DNA of 64,000 nucleotides from Octopus sinensis. Lineage: Eukaryota. The stretch spans positions 82,956,001-83,020,000 of the forward strand of contig NC_043004.1 in the NCBI RefSeq assembly GCF_006345805.1, read 5' to 3'. The notes beneath the pieces are model-generated. The model worked only from the letters and a program-made list of their open reading frames with translations, did not search any database and was not told the origin of the DNA. The translations under genes were made by a program, and so were the position numbers. How positions within the stretch are numbered: the first letter of the stretch is position 1; each line of letters opens with the position of its first letter. Below, piece after piece: positions 54,680 to 64,000 of this stretch.

Positions 54680-54895
54680 CGGAATGGTCATATTGCCAGT
54701 TTAGCCAATAAAAACACACGCACTATATATTTGGTGTTATTTTGCTTCAGTGATATTTATTTTTTACATTAATCTTAATCTTATTTCGGCCAAAGTTCTT
54801 TCGTCACACTCCTATGACCGCATCAGTGGTCCTTTGTTTTCTTCTCACTTACTTGTGTCTCTCCTTACTAATCTTGCACAACAAATATTTAAACG
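54676..54895. repeat. single-arm copy of the 24476-25143 foldback sequence
   Basis: TTTCGGAATGGTCATATTGCCAGTTTAGCC... matches 24487 onward; its end TCTTGCACAACAAATATTTAAACGTA is the reverse complement of 24420-24445. Confidence 0.8.
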
Positions 54896-54978
54896 TATAT
54901 ATATATATATATATTATATATAATAGATAAAGTAATTGAGGTAATCAGAGTATGTGACAGAATACTTAAGATTAGATT

Positions 54979-57900
54979 AGTGCTTCATCATAGCTTAGCA
55001 ACAATTATATCAGCCTATGCTCCTCAGTCGGGGCTCCCCGATGGACAGAAAGACCGATTCTATGACACTCTACTGCAGACTACCTCGTTGACGAACGACA
55101 GAGACCTTATCTTTGTGGCTGGTGACTTCAATGGTCACGTTGGACGACATGCTGGGGGCTTCCATGGCGTACATGGAGGCTATGGCTATGGCTCCCGCAA
55201 CGAGGAGGGAACCAGGCTGCTGGAGTTCTGCGATGCAAATAATCTTATGATTTGCAACACTAACTTCAGGAAACCTACCAGCCACCTAGTCACTTACCGA
55301 TCGGGCCAACATACCAGCCAAATTGACTACATCCTTGCAAGGCAAAGGGAGAGATGGCTGCTTATAAATGCCAAAACATTCCCAGGTTAAGAATGTACCC
55401 CACGGCATAGACTGGTAGTTAGTGACTTTAGGATCAGGACTAGGAGGACAACCAGAAGACGACCAACATGGTGAAGAAAGATCTGGAAGCACAAAGATCC
55501 TGCAAATGGACAGAGATTTAGGGACATATTACTTGAAGCCTCTGACGAAGTAGAAGGGGATAGAGCATCATAGGGGGTAGAAGACAGCTGGACGTTTCTA
55601 AGGGACAACCTGCTGAGAGCCACTGACCAGATCTGTGGCTGGTGCAAAGTCCCCTCTCGACCTAGAATAACGTGGTGGTGGAACAATATTGTAGACAGGG
55701 CTATTAGAGAAATTGGAAGGTCTGGAAAAATGGGGGTAGCAGGAAATTGTATCAGACTGCCAAAAGAGAAGCTAGGAGACAGGTTTATTTAGCCAGAGGG
55801 GAAGCAGATAAGAAAAAATTTGCCAATGTTCTGTGCCGTGAGGACCAAAGACTGGAGGTGTTTCGCGTTGCAAGATAGTGTGTGAGAGAGAATCGTGATG
55901 TGGTAGGAGAGAAGTGTGTTCGCATGGTAGATGGTTCACTTGCACTAAATGAGGATGCAAAGAGAGAGGTTTGAAGATGCCACTATGAAAGGTTGCTGAA
56001 TAAAGAAAATGAATGGGATAAAGAGAGTCTGCCGAATGTTGACCCAACAGAGGGACCAACTATCCGAGTTGATAGTTCCGTGGTAGCTAAGGCAATTAGA
56101 AGTATGAAGACAGGAAAAGCCCCAGGCCCATCAGGAATCACTGCAGAGATGCTCAAAATGTCTGGTAGTGTCGGCTATAGCCTAGTCACCCGTATAGTTA
56201 ATCAGGTGATACACAAAGGAGTCATACCCAACGACTGGTGTAGCAGCATAATAGTCAACTGCTACAAAGGTAAAGGTGACACCCTAGATACAAATAACTA
56301 CAGAGGTATCAAGCTGTTGGATCAGGTGATGAAGGTTACGGAGAGGGTCATGGCCCAACTAATTAGAGAGAGAGTTAGTTTAGATGAGATGCAGTTTGGG
56401 TTTGTGCCAGGGAAAAGTACTACTGATGCTATATTCCTGGTAAGGCAGCTGCAGGAGAAATACCTAGCCATAGATAAGCCCCTGTACCTGGCTTTTGTTG
56501 ACATGGAGAAAGCCTTCGACAGGGTCCCCCGATCCCTTATCTGGTGGGCAATGAGGAAACTAAGGATAGATGAATGGTTAGTGAGAGCTATGCGGGCCAT
56601 GTATAGGGACGCTGCTAGTAGGGTGAGGGTTGGAAACGAGTACAGTGAAGAATTCCGGGTAGAGGTAGGGGTCCACCAAGGCTCAGTACTCAGCCCCCTC
56701 CTATTTATCATAGTCCTCCAGGCAATAACGGAGGAATTCAAGACAGGATGCCCTTGGGAGCTCCTCTATGCTGATGACCTTGCTCTAATTGCTGAGTCGC
56801 TATCAGAACTGGAGGAGAAGTTTCAGGTGTGGAAACAAGGATTAGAATCGAAGGGCCTCAGAGTCAATCTAGCTAAAACCAAAGTCGTAATCAGTAGGAA
56901 GGTAGACAAATCACAAACGCCTTCAAGTAGATGGCCTGCTCGATCTGTAGAAAAGGTGTAGGTAGAAACTCTATAAGATGCACCAAGTGTAAGCTATGGA
57001 CACATAAGAGATGCAGCAATGTCAAAGGAAGGCTAACTAGGAAGATGGTTTTTGTATGTGGCAGATGCTCAGGAACAATAAACACTGAAAATGCTCTGAG
57101 ACCAACTTCCGTCACTTTCCAGGGAGAAAAACTAGAAATAGTTGATAGTTTCCGTTACCTAGGTGACCAAGTCAGCAGCGGGGGCGGGTGTGCTGAAAGT
57201 GTAACTGCTAGAGTAAGAATAGCTTGGGCAAAGTTCAGAGAGCTCTTACCTCTGCTGGTGACAAAAGGCCTCTCGCAAAGAGTGAAAGGCAGACTGTATG
57301 ATGCGTGTGTACGAACAGCCATGCTACATGGCAGTGAAACATGGGCCGTGACTGCTGAGGATATGCGTAAGCTCGCAAGAAATGAAGCCAGTATGCTCCG
57401 ATGGATGTGTAATGTCAGTACTCATACTCGGCAGAGTGTAAGTACCTTGAGAGAAAAGCTGAACCTAAGAAGCATCAGTTGTGGTGTGCAAGAGAGACGT
57501 TTGCGCTGGTATGGTCATGTGGCGAGAATGGATGAAGATAGTTGTGTGAAAAAGTGCCACACCCTAGCGGTTGAGGGAACCTGTGGAAGAGGCAGACCCA
57601 GGAAAACCTGGGACGAGGTGGTGAAGCACGACCTTCGAACTTTAGGTCTCACTGAGGAAATGACTAGAGACCGAGACCTCTGGAAGTGTGCTGTGCGCGA
57701 GAAGACCCGGCAGGACAAGTGAGTCCATAACCCGTGGCCTTCTACATGGGATGGAGCCAGCCTACGTATGCATTACCTGCCCTTCTTGGGACACAAAACT
57801 CTACTTGTGAAGACCTGTTGAGGCAAGTGAGGATCAGAATCGAAATCGATCAATGGAAATTGCAGATGTGTTACCAGTGCCGGTTGCATGTCGAAACTCT

Positions 57901-58329
57901 ACTTGTGAAGACCCGTTGAGGCAAGTGAGGATCAGAATCGAAATCGATCAATGGAAATCGATCAATGGAAATTGCAGATGTGTTACCAGTGCCGGTGGCA
58001 TGTAAGAGATCCTTCCGTTTCGCGACCGTTGCCAGCCCCGTTTCGTGTCCGTTGCCAGCCTCGCCTGGCCCTCGTGCCGGTGGCACATAAAAAGCACCAT
58101 CCGTTCGTGGCCGTTCGCCAGCTCTGTCTGGCACCTGTGCGGGTGGCACGTAAAAAGCAACCACTACACTCACGGAGTGGTTGGCGTTAGGAAGGGCATC
58201 CAGCCGTAGAAACACTGCCAGATTTGACTGGGCCTGATGAAGCCTTCTGGCTTCACAGACCCCAGTAGAACCTTCCAACCCATGCTAGCATGGAAAACGG
58301 ACGCTAAACGATGATGATGATGATGATGA
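54979..58329 (+). mobile_element. RTE-clade LINE, 5'-truncated, degenerate, (GAT)n tail
   Basis: APE motifs IISAYAPQ, GDFNGHVG, SQIDY; RT motifs NYRGIKLL, GVHQGSVLSPLLF, LLYADDL; RRLRWYGHVARM; tandem duplication of about 95 bp in the 3' UTR; ends in (GAT)n. Confidence 0.92.
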
Positions 58330-58344
58330 TATATATATATATAT

Positions 58345-58377
<33 letters not shown>

Positions 58378-58429
58378 TTACATATATATATATATATATA
58401 CACTCACTCTTCCTCTCTCTCTCTCACAT

Positions 58430-58524
<95 letters not shown>

Positions 58525-59020
58525 TTATATCATTGAATTAAAAATGAATTATGCTGTGTGGGGAGTTAGGATGTCACGGTGTCCCCTCACGTTCGATTTT
58601 GTATGAAAATGTGTTTGTCTCACTGCCATACAAATGAACTTTTTACACCCGTCGCTGTTGGTGGGTTCGACTCAATGAATCTTTTAAGTCCTGCTAAGAA
58701 TGGAAGTTTGCATTTTTGATTACAGTCAGGCCTGTGAGACTTTCTCTCAACATACTCAGTTTTCTAAAATTGATTCCAACTATAAGACCAGTATATTTGG
58801 AATAGTTCGTGGTTCTAACAATTTTCCCAGCACATTTACCGACGTGTGACAATTACATTTCTACTGTTTAGTTATTTATTAATATTCATAATTTTTCGAT
58901 CTAAAACTAAAAGTAGCATAAGTTATTATTTAAATTGGTCATATTTGAAATATAGACATCAACAAAATCTCTACAATCAGAAATATAGCAACTTGCATTT
59001 TTCCCCAATTTCCCTGTCAA

Positions 59021-59085
<65 letters not shown>

Positions 59086-59164
59086 CCTGTGTGTGTATAC
59101 ATGCATATATATACATATATATACATATGTAGAGAGATAGATAAATTGATATGTAGAGATACGT

Positions 59165-59330
59165 GAAAGCGCATGACTTAGTGGTTAAGTTATTGAAAAC
59201 ACGATTGCGAGATCGTGGGTTCGATTCCCAGATCTGGCGTTGCGTTGTGTTCTTGAGCACAGCACTATATTTCACGTTGCTCTGCAATCAAATCGACATT
59301 TGATATGTGCCACCATGTGCACTGATAGAC
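59165..59330 (+). mobile_element. tRNA-derived SINE 5' part
   Basis: GCGCATGACTTAGTGGTTAAG A-box-like and GGTTCGATTCCC B-box, followed by GTGTTCTTGAGCA core. Confidence 0.6.
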
Positions 59331-59635
59331 GATGCAAGGAGGACAAGGACAGGTCATTCGGAACTGGCTTTCCTCAGTTGAGTTCCAGTTTATCTTTGCA
59401 ATTTCGGTTGGTTATAACTCGAGATTGCTCCAATATGGCATGCCGCAAGAAAAAACTAAGCTAAGAGCATTAGATTCCTTTGAAGAAAAGAAATCAGCGA
59501 ATGTATACGAAACCAAGGACGGAAAAAACGGAGAATGTTACACAAATACAAATAACAGGACATAGCAACAGGTGTCTTTTGAATAAGGACGAATTAAATT
59601 AAGCTGGTGTGTGTGGCAGTAAATACATACATACA

Positions 59636-59699
<64 letters not shown>

Positions 59700-59872
59700 G
59701 TGTGTGTGTGTATGTATGTATGTATATGTATGTATATATATATATATATTATATATATATATATATATATGTATATGTATATATATGTATATATATATAT
59801 ATATGTATATATATGTATATACATATAAGTGTATATATATATATGTATATATATGATTAGCATGTGTTTATG

Positions 59873-59904
<32 letters not shown>

Positions 59905-60218
59905 TCATGTATATACGGACACATATATTGATATGCATCTGTATGCTTATCTGTATGGATGTGGTTGTGCGCAGCATATATGTCTTTGTTAAATAGGGAT
60001 ATTGAGAGTAGGTGCTGAAGTGAATTTCACTGTTTGTATATGTTGCCAGAATATATTTCGATCAGAAACACACTTCAAAAATAACTTTAACTTGGTGTTT
60101 TGCTCAATGAATAAAACGTAACTAGGCGTGTTGGTTTCAAATAAGTCTAGATACTACTTCCACTAACACCTGTAAACGAATTCTTGAATTTAAACAATAC
60201 TTACGAAGGAATAGTCAT

Positions 60219-61261
60219 TTAAAACAATTGAAGCAGGATATTAGAAAAACAAATATTAATATTCAAATCAAGCTGAAGATCTTTGTATATTAATAGGAAA
60301 CATCTAGATGCTATTCCCATTGCGAAAATCATTTGAGGTAAATATCTTTTTGATTTTATTAATACACTGGGGATTTCATGTGGCAGGACGAAACAAGTAA
60401 TAGCGGACAGGAGAAATGTAATGGCGGCCGTAATATGAGACGTTTTGTTCTTAATCTCATGTAATCTACAATGTGTGTGTAGCTGCTTAATTATCTTATT
60501 TAATATATCAATACAAGGAGTTTGGACGGGAGATATGTTTGTATGATCGTCTTGTTTACCCGGTAAATTATACTGAAATTTCGTTGATAAGTATTCATAC
60601 ACATCTATCATAATTAACAGAAATCCAACGTGTACTATAGTATTTGATATGATAAGACTTGTCACACATACATTTATCGTGCACTTAATTACTAAACTAA
60701 TTAAAATCAATTCGCTCACACGCAATATCTGGAAAGCCATTACATGAAAGAGGAAATCCGGATCTAAAGTGTCAAACGTAAAGCAACCTGGAACTCAGAA
60801 ATCACCACCACACTATAACATATGTTATATATGACAAAACATGTACCCTGCGTGTGATGCACAGCCATATCTTGAACAATTTCTAGGAACAGTTTCTAGG
60901 AATGCGGTTACCGAATTCATTGATTGATTGGCAGATATGAGATCTGTGTCAAAACATATTTATGAAAATTAAACATGGTTATATCTTCAGCAAAAGAAGA
61001 ACGCTTTTCCCGGAGAGCGACCCAAGGTTTCCTTTCGAATAATTCATTATAATAAGCGCAGCAAACATAATATCGAGAAAATGAATACATAAATGGAATT
61101 AAAATATAAATTATTCCTCTCTTTAATCCATAATCTTTCCATTGTTCTATAAATATCCCACGAGAAAAGAATCTTGTAAGCGAAAGATGTTTAAATTTTA
61201 GGAGGAATGAATATGCAATAGTATTTTTGATTGTATTTGAGTTAGATTGATCAGTATTCAT
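60219..61261 (-). pseudogene. GRL-like exon, subfamily B, with stops and frameshifts
   Basis: ILNKIIKQ..H, ITCFVLPHEI and YLPQMIFAMGIASRCFLLIYKDLQL align with IL2, TM5 and TM6 of subfamily A; ORF broken at about 60917; no canonical donor at the expected site. Confidence 0.7.
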
Positions 61262-61454
61262 ATGGAACGAGACATATTTCGCCAGTAGTATTATGACGAT
61301 TTCATGTTAGAAAATAATATAAAAATAGGTATGACAATGTGACCCTGTGATATGCTATTAGTTACATGGAGATAAATCATACATGAACAAACATAATTTT
61401 TCATAACTTAATTTTAAGCACGCCCATGGGACGAATAAACTGTAATGAATTTTT

Positions 61455-61620
61455 CACAAGTTAGCAATGAACATTTATAGAATTACCAAGAGTTTAAATT
61501 AATGAGTTCACAAAGAGTTGATTTGGAGAGTAATGGCTACATAATTGTCATGTGAGAAACAAATGAAATCAATACCATTTTCCCAGATTTCATTATAGAA
61601 GCATTAGCTTATTATGCCTA
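61455..61620 (-). promoter_or_regulatory. module B copy upstream of the subfamily B pseudogene, donor mutated
   Basis: TTAGCAATGAACATTTATAGAATTACCAAG...AATGAGTTCACAAAGAGTTGATTT matches 20580-20645; donor reads ATAAAT. Confidence 0.45.
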
Positions 61621-61622
61621 TA

Positions 61623-61701
<79 letters not shown>

Positions 61702-61955
61702 ATATAATTTAGAGAAAGATTTCTGTTAAAAAATTCAGCATTGAAAGATGTTATTTGCACCATATAGAAAACATATACTATAAAATCCTTATTCTAAAAC
61801 TCAATAAAGTAAATATCCGTAAAAGACTACGCGCCTTTCGTGGTTATATTTTCAAATAGATAATAATAATAAAATCAATTCGATTTAAAATTAAATCCAT
61901 CTAAAATTAATTCTAGTTAAAAATATATTCACTAATCGGGTCTAAAATGATAATG

Positions 61956-62031
<76 letters not shown>

Positions 62032-62649
62032 TAGAATAAATGTACGTATCTTAAATTATACTAATCAAATAAATATTGAAAATACGTGTATTAACTATAA
62101 ATAATCGAAAAACATTTCACAATATTTCTCAAAATAAAAGGATAACTTATCTTATCGAAGGATTTGTGTTAGCTAAAAATTTAAACTTAATACGTAGAAC
62201 TTAGCGTTTATAAGAAATATATTGCGTGAAAATATGGAGAAAATAAAAATTATAGAATAAATTGATAAAAATATGTATTTAAGCTATTAAAATTACAAAA
62301 TGTATTTTAGCTGTGAGAATAAGAAAAAAAAACACTTTAATATACCATTTACTGGAAAATTTGTAAAGTCTAAATGATTTATAACTAAAATATGTAAAAT
62401 ACGCAATATACATAAAGTAAGCTGAATTTCTATAATTTAATCTATTTTCATTAATTAATTAACTTATTTAATAAACATTTAAGTTTTATCTAATTCTAAT
62501 TATGTAATTTACACTATATAATCTTGTACTAATTTATACACATTTTACTACTACAAATTATTACTACAACAATTAGTAACATAAAACAGGGTTTATATAT
62601 ACACTCAAATTAGCTAAATGAATTATATAAGTAATTTAACTTATGTCTA

Positions 62650-63760
62650 CATTTAATTTTTCGTTCGTCTAGTAATTAAACAATTTTTATATTGTTTAAT
62701 AATAACTCCTTAAATTCATCAGTACATAATAAACAATAAATACTACCTATTCGATATCATTTTGCCGTACAAACTATCACCCAATTTAAATTGCACGTAA
62801 TATTTTAGATTTTAGTTCCCATATAAATTTTCTAAGGCCAGTATAATTAATCAAATTTCTTTTCTTAAAAGAATTCATGTAGTGAGTCACCCGTAATTCA
62901 ATTTTATTAAGAAGTCGGCATGATGTAAATCACATTTAAATTATCAACATTCCTATTATTATCCTCAATCAAAGTTACTACACATTTACATACTACATTA
63001 TCCAAATTACATTTCTTATTAAAATTACATGTCGTTTTATCTCTACATGTAGAATTAATTATATCCTGGTCTATACTATCATTATTGGAATAATTATTTG
63101 ATTTGTTTTTGTAAAACTTATTCAGCTTAAATTTGTTAAAAGAAGAAATAATGTTACCAACATTATTAGTAGTAGAATAACCAACCCCAAAATTATTACT
63201 AGAAAAAATGATATTATATTACTTATTATCTCTAATGAATACTTCCATTATGTTTAAAATCTATTTAATAATGCTTGTTTTAACTTGAGCACCATAAAGA
63301 ATAATTAACCAAATTTTATTCTTATTATTAATATTATTATACTTAATTTTTATATTATTAAATTTATTATTATCATTAAATGAATTAAATTTAATCTTAT
63401 TTTGTGGACTATTATTATAGTTATGTTTTGCATTAGCTTAATACATATTGATAATACCATAATTAGCTAAATAAATTTTATAATTTTTAATGTTAGTTTT
63501 ATTGTTATAAAATGTAGGAATCACTCATATTATAATCTTTTATATTACAATCATATTTAGAATTATTAAGGAATTGAATATTATTATTATAGCTCACCTC
63601 CCACAGGGCTTCATTATAATAAGGTGCGTGTTTTTGGAATATCTCCAAATTAGAAGAAAGCAACGATATTCTTTTACCTATATTATCTGTCAATGATTTC
63701 TTAATTCAGGGTGGATGATTACTATTGGCATTAATATATCTAAGGTTTTCATTAATTTTA
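62650..63760 (-). mobile_element. Penelope-like element, degenerate 3' half
   Basis: Minus strand YINANSNHPP...IGKRISLLSSNLEIF...YYNEAL, then KIWLIILY...VKT, and GIY-YIG-region YMNSFKKRNLINYTGLRKFIWELK. Confidence 0.75.
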
Positions 63761-64000
63761 TGGAATGGTTTTAGCCTTTTTCACATTGCTGGATTGAATG
63801 GTACGGTCCACGTGTCGAAAACATAATGATATCCGTGGGTCAGCTTATATGCTGGATTGTTGGTATGGGTGTGGAATCGTTTTATAACGAACCCTTTTAT
63901 AAATAATATAGTTGTCACCTAAATGGGACAGTCCCATAAAAGACGACGCTGCTCCATAGAGCACATCACCCCCAGCTAGTTAATGACACACTGTCTGTGT

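Noticed and set aside
61750-63500. Very AT-rich stretch suggesting a mitochondrial insertion
   Set aside because: Minus-strand translation gives Penelope thumb and GIY-YIG motifs; no mitochondrial gene or rRNA signature recognised.

Overview
AT-rich, microsatellite-dense eukaryotic DNA. The tRNA-derived SINEs resemble those I recall from octopods, so an Octopus-like origin is inferred, not proven. The dominant non-repeat feature is a minus-strand tandem array of about 12 related long exons or exon remnants encoding six-transmembrane proteins that look like gustatory-receptor-like (GRL, 7tm_7-type) chemoreceptors without their TM7 C-terminus. Four are intact (2372-3454, 34388-35440, 44661-45713, 47853-48905) plus 52032-53084, two are full length with single-base frameshifts (25486-26539, 49957-51007), and the rest are deleted or decayed. 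Every intact or near-intact copy ends at the same phase-0 GTAAGT splice donor just after TM6. I find no TM7 exon in the 1-2 kb spacers between the youngest copies. The best reading is a variable-exon chemoreceptor locus whose shared constant exon(s) lie left of position 1; this is inference and needs transcript data. Three classes of conserved non-coding promoter/leader modules recur upstream of the exons. The rest is a transposon graveyard: R4/Dong, Tx1, CR1 and RTE LINEs, at least six Penelope-like pieces with hammerhead ribozyme motifs and inverted duplications, mariner fragments, SINEs, foldbacks and a 352-bp tandem repeat.
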